Shown here: piece by piece, positions 53,566 through 63,549 of the stretch
Layout: each line of letters opens with the position of its first letter
Numbering within the stretch: the first letter of the stretch is position 1
DNA from: a virus
Taxonomy: Duplodnaviria > Heunggongvirae > Uroviricota > Caudoviricetes
IMG/VR virus record: IMGVR_UViG_3300023371_000071
Length of the DNA: 64,000 nucleotides
Direction: 5' to 3' (one strand)
The notes under the pieces: generated by a model
What the model was told of the DNA's origin: nothing
What the model saw: only the letters and a program-made list of their open reading frames with translations
Database searches by the model: none
Translations under genes and position numbers: made by a program

Positions 53566-54714
53566 ATGTATCCTGAAGCTCTTATTATTGAACCTATGAA
53601 AATTAACAAAATTCCAGAGGGGAAGGAACATATGTTTCCTTCCCTCTGCGAAAGCGGAGAGTATTTCGCCCAGCTAAAGAAAGATGGTTACTGGTATATG
53701 TATGAAAAGACTGAAAATCATGCCTACCTTTTTAGTCGTACAACCAGTGCTGTTACTGGTACTCTTGCCGAGAAGGGTGCTAATGTACCTCATATTATGG
53801 AGGTTTTAAATCATCTTCCTGCGGGCACTATTTTGATTGGAGAAATTTATTATCCCGGCAAGAGAAGTAAAGATGTAACTCCTATCATGGGCAGTTTACC
53901 TGAAAAAGCTATTGAACGTCAGAACGGTGAATATGGTTATTTACATTACTATATCCATGATATGATTCGATACAAGGGAAAGGATCTGACTTCTTGTGGT
54001 GCAGGAATTCGTTACGATCTTCTCAAGAGAGTGTTCGATCTTCATTTACTGGGTAATTATACCATTGGTGATGATCATTTTATTGAACTTGCTGAACGAA
54101 TTGATGAAAATATTCAAGAGTTTGTTGCTGACGCTCTTGAGCGAGGAGAAGAAGGAGCTGTCCTCAAAAAGAAAACCGCTCCATACACTCCAGGAAAACG
54201 ACCCGCATGGGATACAATAAAAATTAAGAAAACTGATACTTGTGATGCTATTTGTATTGGTTTCTGTGCTCCAACCATTGAATATACTGGTAAAGAAATT
54301 GAAACTTGGCCGTATTGGTGCGCGTATATGGGTGAAAATGGTACAGGTGAAGAGGGAACAGATCGTACTGAATGGGTGCGCATGCCGCTCGACACTTATT
54401 ATGAGCAGTCTAAACAAAATCCTGAGCTGTGGACTCCTGTAACTAAAGCGTATTATTATGGTTGGGTTACTTCTATGCGCGTTGGTGCATATGACGATAA
54501 TGGTAAAGTTATTGAAATTGGTACTGTATCTTCTGGCATGACAGAAGAGCTTGAAGCAGATGCTGCGGCTCGTCCATGGATGTACCTTGGAAAAGTTGTT
54601 AAACTTGCAGGAATGGAAAAAGATCGAACTGCAAAAACTCTTCGACATTTCTATTTTAAAGGGTTTCATACAGATAAAGACCCTAGGGATTGTTTAATTA
54701 AAGAAATTTTTTGA
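53566..54714 (+). CDS. ATP-dependent polynucleotide ligase (KxDG nucleotidyltransferase; DNA ligase more likely than RNA ligase)
   Basis: motif I QLKKDGYW; GAAGGAGAA RBS before ATG 53566; sits in the replication module. Confidence 0.5.
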   Translation: MYPEALIIEPMKINKIPEGKEHMFPSLCESGEYFAQLKKDGYWYMYEKTENHAYLFSRTTSAVTGTLAEKGANVPHIMEVLNHLPAGTILIGEIYYPGKRSKDVTPIMGSLPEKAIERQNGEYGYLHYYIHDMIRYKGKDLTSCGAGIRYDLLKRVFDLHLLGNYTIGDDHFIELAERIDENIQEFVADALERGEEGAVLKKKTAPYTPGKRPAWDTIKIKKTDTCDAICIGFCAPTIEYTGKEIETWPYWCAYMGENGTGEEGTDRTEWVRMPLDTYYEQSKQNPELWTPVTKAYYYGWVTSMRVGAYDDNGKVIEIGTVSSGMTEELEADAAARPWMYLGKVVKLAGMEKDRTAKTLRHFYFKGFHTDKDPRDCLIKEIF

Positions 54715-54760
54715 CTTTTCAAAAAATTTTTAGTATAATATATATGTAAGATGAAGAAAG
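54709..54760 (+). promoter_or_regulatory. phage promoter cassette copy (variant)
   Basis: ttttgacttttcaaaaaatttttagtataatatatatgtaagatgaagaaagg. Confidence 0.55.
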
Positions 54761-54772
54761 GAAAAAATCACT

Positions 54773-54970
54773 GTGACTAAAAAACAGCTGAAACAGCTTG
54801 CTAAGAAGTTGGCAGATTATGAGTTCATTATTCAGACCTCAAATGACCCCTACAAGGTCAACGATGCTAAAGATCGTATTGCCCAGCTCACTGAATCTTC
54901 TGACCTCGAGATTGAAGATATGGTAAAACTCGACGACATGATTCAAGCAATGCTCAGTGAAAAAATTTGA
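54773..54970 (+). CDS. hypothetical small protein
   Basis: GTG start in ORF track, after promoter cassette. Confidence 0.35.
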   Translation: MTKKQLKQLAKKLADYEFIIQTSNDPYKVNDAKDRIAQLTESSDLEIEDMVKLDDMIQAMLSEKI

Positions 54971-55010
54971 CTTTTTTCAAAAAAAATTGTATAATATATA
55001 CAGTTAATAA
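54966..55010 (+). promoter_or_regulatory. phage promoter cassette copy (variant)
   Basis: tttgacttttttcaaaaaaaattgtataatatatacag. Confidence 0.45.
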
Positions 55011-55095
55011 CTGATAGGCCCAGAAACCATCAGATTATTATATACAATAAAAATATTTTGAGATGCGGTAAAACCGCAAGAAGGAGATTACGATT

Positions 55096-55368
55096 ATGGC
55101 TATGAAGGAAAATACTAAGACTGTTATCACTTATCTGCAGGGCCTGGACGAGTCCGTGAATGTTACCGCCGCTGATGTTGCTGCTGCTCTGAACCTTGAG
55201 AAGCGCTCCGTTGATGGCATTTTTACCTCCGCTGTACAGCGCAAGGGTTATGGTGTGCGTGTTGCCGCTGAGGTTGAGCTCGAGGATGGCACCCACAAGG
55301 CTGTTAAGTTCCTTAAGCTGACTGATGCTGGTCGCCAGCTGGATGTCAACGCTGAGGACGCTGAGTAA
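55096..55368 (+). CDS. hypothetical protein
   Basis: AGAAGGAG RBS; 90 aa; followed by terminator. Confidence 0.5.
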   Translation: MAMKENTKTVITYLQGLDESVNVTAADVAAALNLEKRSVDGIFTSAVQRKGYGVRVAAEVELEDGTHKAVKFLKLTDAGRQLDVNAEDAE

Positions 55369-55384
55369 TTTAAGCGTTAAATTC

Positions 55385-55425
55385 CCATCGGGGCTGGTAT
55401 TCGGTTATCAGCCCCGATTTTTCTA
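55385..55425 (+). terminator. intrinsic terminator
   Basis: atcggggctggtattcggttatcagccccgat hairpin then TTTTC. Confidence 0.6.
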
Positions 55426-55438
55426 ACTTGAGGTAGAT

Positions 55439-56398
55439 ATGACCGGATTATGGATTTTTGAAATTGCATTACTAGCTCTGATAATCGGTATGCTTTGCTG
55501 GTTCCGGTCACGGCACTACGCAAAGTGGTCTGAATATCAAGAGCTTAAAAAAAAATGTGAGCAAGCTATTAAGGGAAGACAAGAGGCGGAATGCGCAGCG
55601 TAGGCAGCGTTATCTGCAGAGACGCTCGCTAAGTAGAACTTACAATCAATTAACGAAAATGTAAGACTTGGCAATGAATAGCTTCGCAACAATGAGCAAG
55701 CTTTAATAGATCAAGAGCGTATTGTAAGAGAAAAAATTGAATATGAACGATCCATATGGTTAAAAAATATGGAAGAAGAGCAGCAAGCAATATTGCTTGA
55801 GACCCAAAAGGAGTTTGCAGAACAGTTCGCCGCAAGCAATCAACAAAAACTTGCGGCTGCGCGACAACTCACCGAACAAGTAATTCAGCTCAAGTCAACT
55901 GTTGCCTCTGCTGTCGAAATTGCAAAACATAAGATGGAAGAAGAATCTGCCGCAGAATTTTATAAATTACAATTGCCGCAAGAAAGTTTAAATGATATTG
56001 AAGCACTTCGTTCTATTGAATCGCTCTTGCATAATTCAGAAGCGATTAATAAAGTGATTTGGAAGATGTATTATGAAAAACCTTATACAGACTTGATTGG
56101 TCGTATTGGACTTACAAGTACTGTTTGTGGCATTTATAAAATTACCAATATTGAAAATCAGATGACATATGTTGGTTAGGCTGTAAATATCGCAGACCGT
56201 TGGAAACAACATATTAAGCGTGGTATTGGTGCAGATGCTCCTACATAGAACAAACTTTACCCCGCAATGAAAAAATTTGGTCCAGAAAATTTTACTTTTG
56301 AAATTATTGAAAAGTGTTCTCGTGATAAACTCAATGAGCGAGAAGATTACTGGCAAGAGTTTTATAAAGCAAAAGAATTTGGATACAGTATAAAGTGA
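55439..56398 (+). CDS. GIY-YIG homing-endonuclease-like protein with five in-frame TAG codons (read-through model)
   Basis: one frame is open from ATG 55439 to TGA 56396..56398 except for TAG at 55601, 55634, 55679, 56177 and 56246; C-terminus CGIYKITNIENQMTYVG[TAG]AVNIADRWKQHIKRG...APT[TAG]NKLYPAMKKFGPENFTFEIIE matches the I-TevI GIY-YIG core, with both TAGs falling at Ser positions. Confidence 0.5.
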
Positions 56399-56407
56399 GG
56401 AAAGTAT

Positions 56408-56719
56408 ATGTATAGAATTATTGATGGACGTGGTAGCGGTAAGACTAGCCGTTTGATGTTGCTCGCCAAGGAAAATGGAGCAACTCTTGTATGTAGTAAT
56501 CCAAGAGCAATGGAAGCTAAGGCTCATGCATATGGCATTGTTGGTATTGACTTTATGAGTTATGCTGATGCTATTGATCATATGCGACACCCAGATAGTC
56601 GATATACTGCCGAAAATAGACGACCTGCAATGGTTGTGGATGAAATTGAAGATTTTGTTCAGTGCGCTCTTGGTATGAATGGTCCGCTAATTGGCTATAC
56701 ATTAAGTAATGAGGATTAA
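56408..56719 (+). CDS. small P-loop protein
   Basis: GRGSGKTS Walker A; GTGAGGAAAG RBS. Confidence 0.45.
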   Translation: MYRIIDGRGSGKTSRLMLLAKENGATLVCSNPRAMEAKAHAYGIVGIDFMSYADAIDHMRHPDSRYTAENRRPAMVVDEIEDFVQCALGMNGPLIGYTLSNED

Positions 56720-56722
56720 AAT

Positions 56723-57721
56723 ATGAAGTTTGCAGAAACAGATGTTTGGGGTTTTGAACACGCATTGCGTGGTATGAGAAACCCAAAGAATAGTTGGAAG
56801 CAATCTGATAGTTGGGAAATGCCGTTCGATGATCCGGAAGGTCCTGCGCGCGGTTTTTATTGGATTGGTCCCAAGGATATGAAGCTCGCTCAGACTCTTA
56901 TTAAGGCTGGCCCTGAGCATCGTAAGTTTTTACGTCAGATTTTTGTATCTGTCGATATTACCGCTCCTCTTTATTGGTGGAAGGAATTTGACACCTATAA
57001 GGTTGGCACTGTTGCAAATTCCACATCTACTATGCACAAGTTAATGAGTAAGCCAATTACTCGTGAGTCTTTTGAAATTGATGATTTTTGTGAAGATTTA
57101 AGTGTTCAAAAAGTTGATCAGAGCGGAGTCACCGAAGCCGGTCATGAAGTTGGATATCTTGACCATTGGCATATGGAAATGTTTACTGATCATTTGATTG
57201 AACATCTTGAAGATATTCGACAGGATTATATTCGTTGGCAAGAAGCCGCTAAACTTCCCACTGGCGATGAAGAGTGGCTTGATCATTGCGAAGAAATGCA
57301 ATATCATTTATGGAAAGAGCTTGTCCGCTGGCTGCCCGAAGGCTGGCTGCAGACTCGTACTGTTACCATGAATTATGAAAATCTTCTTGCAATGTGTTCC
57401 AAGGGTCAGCGTCGTTTCCATAAATTAAATGAATGGTCTGGTAAAGAAGATCCGAATCTTACCAGTTTTATTGCTTGGGCTCGCACTCTTCCATATGCAC
57501 AGGAGTTTATCTTTATTGATGAAATGTTCGTCCCAACTCCTGCAGAAGTTTGCGGAAAAGCGCTCCGCGAAATTTGTGGAAAACTCGCTGCGGCGCAAAT
57601 GACAGAACAGGATTTCTCCGCTCTTGGTGTTACCGTTTTAAATCCAGATGGAACTTTCAAGTCTGTTTTTGAGATTTTCTCTGAACTTGCGAAGAAATTT
57701 GACAAAAATGAAATTTTTTGA
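56723..57721 (+). CDS. hypothetical protein, weakly ThyX-like
   Basis: GPEHRKFLRQIFVSVDITAPLYWWKEF resembles the ThyX FEH..FTF.V.API...Q segment, but the RHR and S..RY catalytic motifs are absent. Confidence 0.4.
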   Translation: MKFAETDVWGFEHALRGMRNPKNSWKQSDSWEMPFDDPEGPARGFYWIGPKDMKLAQTLIKAGPEHRKFLRQIFVSVDITAPLYWWKEFDTYKVGTVANSTSTMHKLMSKPITRESFEIDDFCEDLSVQKVDQSGVTEAGHEVGYLDHWHMEMFTDHLIEHLEDIRQDYIRWQEAAKLPTGDEEWLDHCEEMQYHLWKELVRWLPEGWLQTRTVTMNYENLLAMCSKGQRRFHKLNEWSGKEDPNLTSFIAWARTLPYAQEFIFIDEMFVPTPAEVCGKALREICGKLAAAQMTEQDFSALGVTVLNPDGTFKSVFEIFSELAKKFDKNEIF

Positions 57722-57755
57722 TATAATATATATGTAAGGTTGATAAAGAACCGTC
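57697..57755 (+). promoter_or_regulatory. phage promoter cassette copy
   Basis: tttgacaaaaatgaaattttttgatataatatatatgtaaggttgataaag. Confidence 0.55.
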
Positions 57756-57780
57756 AAATAAATCAAAGGAGAAGAAAAAG

Positions 57781-58137
57781 ATGTCTAAACAGCAGGAATT
57801 TATTACTTGGGTCGAGGGAATGATTTCCGAGAGTTCCATTGAACCCACCGATGGTGCTAAGGCTTATTGGGAGGCTCTCAAGAACGCTGATGTACCATCT
57901 GCCAAGCCTGCCTTTACCGACAATGGTAAGCTAATTCTACAGCAACTCCAGCAGATGCCCGAGGGAATGTACAAGGCTCGAGACATTGCGGAAGCCCTGT
58001 TCATTGCTCCGAAGTCTGTTTCTGGCGCGATGCGTAAGCTCGTAACGGATGGATATGTTGAAAAGGTTGGCAAGGACCCTATTATGTATTCCATTACTGA
58101 AAAAGGTAAGAATGTTGATTTTGAAGGAGATAACTAA
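57781..58137 (+). CDS. hypothetical protein
   Basis: AAAGGAGAAG RBS after promoter cassette. Confidence 0.5.
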   Translation: MSKQQEFITWVEGMISESSIEPTDGAKAYWEALKNADVPSAKPAFTDNGKLILQQLQQMPEGMYKARDIAEALFIAPKSVSGAMRKLVTDGYVEKVGKDPIMYSITEKGKNVDFEGDN

Positions 58138-58140
58138 TTT

Positions 58141-59082
58141 ATGAAGAAGATGATTAATACTACTCACATTGAGGGTCTGGTGTATGACCACAAGCTGGAG
58201 AAGAAGGTAAGCGGCGATACTTCCAAGAATCCCGGTACCGAGTTTATCAACGGCATTCTGAACGTGGCTACTGACGACAAGGGTATGAATGTTGTGCCCG
58301 TTCATTTCTCCTATGTGACTGCTACCACTTCTAAGGGTGGCACTAATAACACTTATAATGCGCTTGCTCGTATCATCGACGAGAATCCTTCTGTTGTGAA
58401 GGTTGGCCGCGATAATGCTATGAAGGTTCGCATTGATTCTGCGGTTGGTCTGAATGAGTTCTTCGCAGATCTGAAGGACGAGAAACCTGTTTGCGCGAAG
58501 CGTAACGAGGGTGGTTTCGTTCACATTGTGAATGAGATTGATGAGGACGAGAAGAAGCGTTCCTATTTTGAAACCGATATGCTGATCACTGGTGTCCGTG
58601 ATGTTGAGGCTGATCCTGAGCGTAATCTGCCTGCCAAGGTTGTTGTTATGGGATATGCATTCGACTTCCGTAATGCACTGCTTCCTGTTGAATATTCCGT
58701 TCTGAATGAGAATGGTATGAAGTACTTCCAGAAGCTAGATTGCTCTCCTGCGAATCCTACCTTTACCAAGGTTTGGGGTCGTCAGATTTCTCAGACTATT
58801 AAGACTGAGATTACTGAAGAGTCTGCATTCGGTGAGGCTTCTGTTCGCATTCGTGAGACCACCAATCGTGATTTCGTAATTACTGGTACTTCCAAGGTTC
58901 CTTATATGTGGGATGATGATAGCACCATCACCGCAATGGAAATGAAGAAGGCTCTGCAGGATCGTGAGATTTATCTTGCTGGCGTAAAGAAGCGTCAGGA
59001 GGACTACCAGAATTCCAAGACTAACGGTGCGGCTGCTAAGACTGCTATGGCTAATACTGCTGCTTCCGGTTATAATTTCTAA
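58141..59082 (+). CDS. hypothetical protein (possible ssDNA-binding protein)
   Basis: 313 aa, in the replication module, low-complexity C-terminal tail; functional guess is by context only. Confidence 0.35.
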   Translation: MKKMINTTHIEGLVYDHKLEKKVSGDTSKNPGTEFINGILNVATDDKGMNVVPVHFSYVTATTSKGGTNNTYNALARIIDENPSVVKVGRDNAMKVRIDSAVGLNEFFADLKDEKPVCAKRNEGGFVHIVNEIDEDEKKRSYFETDMLITGVRDVEADPERNLPAKVVVMGYAFDFRNALLPVEYSVLNENGMKYFQKLDCSPANPTFTKVWGRQISQTIKTEITEESAFGEASVRIRETTNRDFVITGTSKVPYMWDDDSTITAMEMKKALQDREIYLAGVKKRQEDYQNSKTNGAAAKTAMANTAASGYNF

Positions 59083-59101
59083 TTAAGGAGGAAGAAGTAA
59101 T

Positions 59102-60085
59102 ATGGCCAATGCTCTTACAATGATTAAGCCACATGAGGTCTCTCGAGACCTCAGTGGTTACTCCGTTCTCTTCTATGGTACCCCTAAGTCTGGTAAGACT
59201 ACCATTGCTTCTCATTTCCCCAAGTCCCTTGTATTTGCTTTCGAAAAGGGTTATTCCGCAATTCCCGGTATTATGGCTATTCCCGTTAATAGCTGGCGTG
59301 AGTTCCGTAGCTTCCTAATGGATCTGCGCGAAGATGAAACCAAGGAAATGTACAAGACTGTGGTTATGGATACCGCAGACATTGCTTGGGATTATTGCAC
59401 TGATTATGTCTGTCAGCAGAATGGTGTATCCAAGATTGGCGACATTCCTTATGGCGGTGGTTATGCTCTTGCTCAGCGTGAGTTTGACACCTGTATTCGT
59501 AAGATTCTGCAGATGGATTATGGCCTCGTTCTGATCTCTCACTCTAAGGAAAAGACCTTGAAGGATGAACAAGGTAATGAGTACGATCAGATTATGCCCA
59601 CTCTTGAAAATAAGGCTCGCCTAATCTGTGAGCGTACCTGCGATATTATCGGTATGTGTCGTCCTGTTAAGGAAGCCGATGGTAGTGTTCAGACTCGTCT
59701 GTTCCTGCGCGAGACTCCTCGTTATGTCGCTGGTTCTCGTTTCAAGTATATTGTGGATTCCATCCCCTTCACCTATGATAATCTTGTAAAGGCAATTACT
59801 GATGCTATCGAGAAGGAAGCTCAGGAAACTGGAAACAAGTACGTTACCGCAACTAAGGCAAACCTGCATATTGCACCTGAAGCTAAGACCTATGATTTCA
59901 AGGCCCTGATTGATGAATTCCAGACTATCGTCGGTCAGCTTATGAGCAAGAGCCCGGCTAACCGTTCTAAGATTTCTGGCATCGTAGCCGAGTATCTGGG
60001 CGGCGAAAAGAAGGTTGGAGATTGCACCGAAGATGATGCACCTCAGCTTGACCTGATCCTTCAGGAGCTCCGCACTCTAGCCTAA
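59102..60085 (+). CDS. P-loop NTPase (RecA-like/Sak4-type or helicase-loader-type ATPase)
   Basis: GTPKSGKTT Walker A; TAAGGAGG RBS. Confidence 0.45.
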   Translation: MANALTMIKPHEVSRDLSGYSVLFYGTPKSGKTTIASHFPKSLVFAFEKGYSAIPGIMAIPVNSWREFRSFLMDLREDETKEMYKTVVMDTADIAWDYCTDYVCQQNGVSKIGDIPYGGGYALAQREFDTCIRKILQMDYGLVLISHSKEKTLKDEQGNEYDQIMPTLENKARLICERTCDIIGMCRPVKEADGSVQTRLFLRETPRYVAGSRFKYIVDSIPFTYDNLVKAITDAIEKEAQETGNKYVTATKANLHIAPEAKTYDFKALIDEFQTIVGQLMSKSPANRSKISGIVAEYLGGEKKVGDCTEDDAPQLDLILQELRTLA

Positions 60086-60089
60086 TCTC

Positions 60090-60130
60090 TCTCATATACG
60101 AGCCACGGATGAAATACTCCGTGGCTTGAC
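60090..60130 (+). terminator. intrinsic terminator fused to a promoter
   Basis: agccacggatgaaatactccgtggct hairpin then TGACTTTTATT. Confidence 0.6.
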
Positions 60131-60165
60131 TTTTATTAAAAAATATGATATAATATATGTAGAAG
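60126..60165 (+). promoter_or_regulatory. phage promoter cassette copy (variant)
   Basis: cttgacttttattaaaaaatatgatataatatatgtagaagg. Confidence 0.5.
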
Positions 60166-60188
60166 GAATATAGAAAGGAGCGTCGGTG

Positions 60189-60707
60189 ATGGCACATGTA
60201 GTAAAATGCCCATATTGTGGCAAATCCTTCGATAGAGATAAAATGTTAGATTTTGTGCAGGTTAATTCTCGTCGATATGCACATACCCAGTGTCATGCAG
60301 AACACCTCGCTCAAATGTCTCAAGAGGAGAAAGACTTGATGGCGCTTGAGGCATACATCAAGAAACTACTCAATTTGGATACGATAAATGCGCGAGTGCG
60401 GAAACAAATTACTGATTATCACAACAATCAGAATTATTCTTATACAGGAATTCTGAAAGCATTGACTTATTTCTATGAAGTCAAAGGTAATTCCACAGAA
60501 AAAGCCAACGGTGGTATTGGTATTGTTCCATATGTATATCAAGATGCATTTAACTATTATTACCATATTTGGATGGCGAAACAAACCAATGAGGTAAAAC
60601 CAATTGAGCAATATACCGCTCCTCCAAAGAGAGAAATTGTTATTCCTCGTCCAAAGAGAGTGGAAAAGAAAAGAAAATTATTTGCGTTTTTAGACGAGGA
60701 GGAGTAA
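60189..60707 (+). CDS. zinc-finger protein
   Basis: CPYCGKSF...HTQCH; GAAAGGAG RBS. Confidence 0.5.
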   Translation: MAHVVKCPYCGKSFDRDKMLDFVQVNSRRYAHTQCHAEHLAQMSQEEKDLMALEAYIKKLLNLDTINARVRKQITDYHNNQNYSYTGILKALTYFYEVKGNSTEKANGGIGIVPYVYQDAFNYYYHIWMAKQTNEVKPIEQYTAPPKREIVIPRPKRVEKKRKLFAFLDEEE

Positions 60708-60710
60708 CCA

Positions 60711-62258
60711 ATGGGTTCTAAATATGTAGATAGCACAGCGATAATGCAAGTCATTGGTTGTGTATATAATGAACCTAAACTGCTCGACATGCAAGAAGCA
60801 TATGTTGTAACTGAGGAAGATTTTCCAGAAGATTTCCATAAGATTGTTTATGGTACAATTTATAAGTTGCATGAGTCTGGCGTTAAGTCTATTACTCTTG
60901 AAGCAATCAATGACTTTCTAGATACCAAGCCTAAGAAAAAGGCAATCTTTGACGTAAATAAAGGTAATGAGTATCTGCAAAAAGTGGGCGCAATTGCATC
61001 TACAACCACATTTAAATATTATTATGATAGACTGAAGAAAATGACTCTTCTACGCGCATATGATAATTTTGGTTTGGATGTATCTTTCTTGTATGACCCT
61101 GACAATATTTTGGATTTGAAAAAGAAAGAAGCTCAAGAGGAATGGTTTGATAATGTATCACTCGAAACTATCGCTGATACTATTGATAGCAAAATCGCTA
61201 CTATTAGGGAAGAGTACGCAGAAGGCGAGGGTCTTTATGGAGCGTCTTACCCTGCAGGCGATGGTATTGAAGAACTGATTCGACGTTTTGAAGAAGTGCC
61301 TGATGTTGGTGTTCCTCTATTTGGTAATTATATTAACACCATTACAAGAGGGGCAAGACTTGGCAAGTTTTATCTACGATCTGCTCCCACTGGCGTTGGT
61401 AAGACTCGTAGTATGATTGCCGATGCATGTTTTATCGGCTGTAATCGTTTTTATGATGAAGAATTTGGATGGGTAAAGAATGGTCAAGCTTTGCCAACTT
61501 TGTTCATCGGCACTGAACAGGATAAAGATGAAATTCAAACAATGATGCTCGCATTTTTGTCTAACGTAAATGAAGAGCATATTCTGAATGGTCAGTATGA
61601 TCCTGGCGAAAGAGATAGAGTATTTGAGGCAGCAAGAATCATTAAAGAGTCTCCGCTTTATATCGAAGAACTGCCAGAGTTTAATCTACAGGATGTTGAA
61701 AATGTAATCAAACGTAATCTGCGTGAAAGAGACATTCAGTATGTATTTCATGATTACATTCACACTAGTCTGAAAATCTTGGAAGAGATTAGTAAGAAAG
61801 CTGGCAAGGTTGCACTTCGTGAAGATAATATCTTGTTTATGCTGTCTGCGCGCATTAAGGAGATCTGCGTGAAGCATAATGTTTTCATTATGTCTGCGAC
61901 TCAATTAAATGGTGATTATCAGGACGCGAAAACTCCTGACCAGAATCTTCTGCGTGGTGCAAAGGCTATCGCTGATAAGATTGACTATGGTTCTATTTTA
62001 CTTCCTGTAAAAGAAGTTGATTTGGCATCTCTTGAGAATGTGCTTTCTCGCAATCCTAATTTTGGCACGCCAAATATCAAACTATCTATTTATAAGAATA
62101 GACGAGGTCGATATAAAGGAGTTATTCTTTGGTGTAAGGCAGATTTGGGAACTTGCCGCATTCAGCCAGTATTTTTAACTGACTTTATGTATGAACTACA
62201 AACGATTGAAGATATAAAAGTGCTGACACAAGAGGAATCAGCATTTGAGGAGGATTAA
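60711..62258 (+). CDS. DnaB-family replicative DNA helicase
   Basis: RecA-like core with Walker A SAPTGVGKT; 515 aa; N-terminal DnaB-like helical domain. Confidence 0.75.
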   Translation: MGSKYVDSTAIMQVIGCVYNEPKLLDMQEAYVVTEEDFPEDFHKIVYGTIYKLHESGVKSITLEAINDFLDTKPKKKAIFDVNKGNEYLQKVGAIASTTTFKYYYDRLKKMTLLRAYDNFGLDVSFLYDPDNILDLKKKEAQEEWFDNVSLETIADTIDSKIATIREEYAEGEGLYGASYPAGDGIEELIRRFEEVPDVGVPLFGNYINTITRGARLGKFYLRSAPTGVGKTRSMIADACFIGCNRFYDEEFGWVKNGQALPTLFIGTEQDKDEIQTMMLAFLSNVNEEHILNGQYDPGERDRVFEAARIIKESPLYIEELPEFNLQDVENVIKRNLRERDIQYVFHDYIHTSLKILEEISKKAGKVALREDNILFMLSARIKEICVKHNVFIMSATQLNGDYQDAKTPDQNLLRGAKAIADKIDYGSILLPVKEVDLASLENVLSRNPNFGTPNIKLSIYKNRRGRYKGVILWCKADLGTCRIQPVFLTDFMYELQTIEDIKVLTQEESAFEED

Positions 62259-62259
62259 T

Positions 62260-62442
62260 ATGGCTAATACTAATAAGGTTATTTGGGGACGTGAACTGGA
62301 ATATGTGATGCCTCGTGGCATGTATGAGGATCTGCGTGAGCAGGCTCCCAAGAATGTTAATACCAAGGATTGGGTCATGGACTATATCAATGATACTTTT
62401 GGTCTGCTCGGCACGGTGACGGAGATTCGTATCGAAGGGTAA
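62260..62442 (+). CDS. hypothetical small protein
   Basis: GAGGAGGA RBS before ATG 62260. Confidence 0.4.
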   Translation: MANTNKVIWGRELEYVMPRGMYEDLREQAPKNVNTKDWVMDYINDTFGLLGTVTEIRIEG

Positions 62443-62448
62443 AATTTT

Positions 62449-63549
62449 ATGATGAAATATGACAAGGATGAAATCAAAGGAAAATTAACCACCGATATGG
62501 TGTTTGATATTGTTGAAGAATTGGGCGGCGACCCTCGCAAAACAGATTTTGGTTTTATCTCTGCCACTATTTGTCATAATGAGCCGGGCGAGGGCTCTCA
62601 CAAATTATATTATTATGAGAACACCGCCCTATTTCGTTGTTATACTGGCTGTGACAGCTATTTTGATATATTCGAGTTAATTGCAAAAATAAAAGAAGTT
62701 CGTAGCTCAGAGGAATGGGGTCTATATGACTCTGTTCGCTGGGTTGCTGGACGTTACGGCTGGGGTCCAACTGTCGAAGATGATGAGGACGTTCCAAATC
62801 TCGCAGACTGGAAGTTATTAGAAAAATATGATAAACTCCATACTGAGAAAAAGGAAAGTCGAAACATTCAATTACCAGAATACGATCAAACAATTCTAAA
62901 AAATCTTTCATATCCAAATATCGCCGATTGGACGGATGAGGGAATTACAAGAGAGGTTCAACTGGCTAATCTTATTGGATATTATCCATCAGGTGAACAA
63001 ATTACGATTCCACATTTTGATATTAATGGACGTTTTGTTGGATTGCGCGGAAGATCTTTAGGACAAGATGATGCAGATCGTTTTGGTAAATATCGACCCC
63101 TAATAGTTGGTAAGGAAATGTATAATCATTCTCTTGGCTTGAATCTGTATAATATCAATAATAGCGCTCCACATATCAAAGTAGCTAAAACTGCAATTGT
63201 GTTTGAAGGCGAAAAATCATGTCTTTTGTATCAATCTTATTTTGGACGAGAGAATGATATTTCTGTGGCCTGTTGTGGCTCTGCTGTCAGCTCAATCCAA
63301 ATGTCAATTCTTCTAAATCTTGGTGTAAAAGAAATAGTAATTGCTTTTGATAGGCAGTTCCAAAAGAAGAATGATGAAGAGTTCAAACGCTTGGTAAAAA
63401 ATTTAAAGGCTATAAAAGCACGATATGGACAGTATGCAACTATATCTTTTATGTTCGATACAGAAGATGTATTACCTTATAAAGCATCTCCCATTGACTG
63501 CGGGCCAACGGTATTTTTAGATATGTTTAAGAAGAGGATTATTTTGTAA
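62449..63549 (+). CDS. DNA primase (zinc-ribbon + Toprim, DnaG-like)
   Basis: CHNEPGEGSHKLYYYENTALFRCYTGCD zinc-binding motif; Toprim IVFEGEKSCLL plus VIAFDRQ. Confidence 0.6.
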   Translation: MMKYDKDEIKGKLTTDMVFDIVEELGGDPRKTDFGFISATICHNEPGEGSHKLYYYENTALFRCYTGCDSYFDIFELIAKIKEVRSSEEWGLYDSVRWVAGRYGWGPTVEDDEDVPNLADWKLLEKYDKLHTEKKESRNIQLPEYDQTILKNLSYPNIADWTDEGITREVQLANLIGYYPSGEQITIPHFDINGRFVGLRGRSLGQDDADRFGKYRPLIVGKEMYNHSLGLNLYNINNSAPHIKVAKTAIVFEGEKSCLLYQSYFGRENDISVACCGSAVSSIQMSILLNLGVKEIVIAFDRQFQKKNDEEFKRLVKNLKAIKARYGQYATISFMFDTEDVLPYKASPIDCGPTVFLDMFKKRIIL

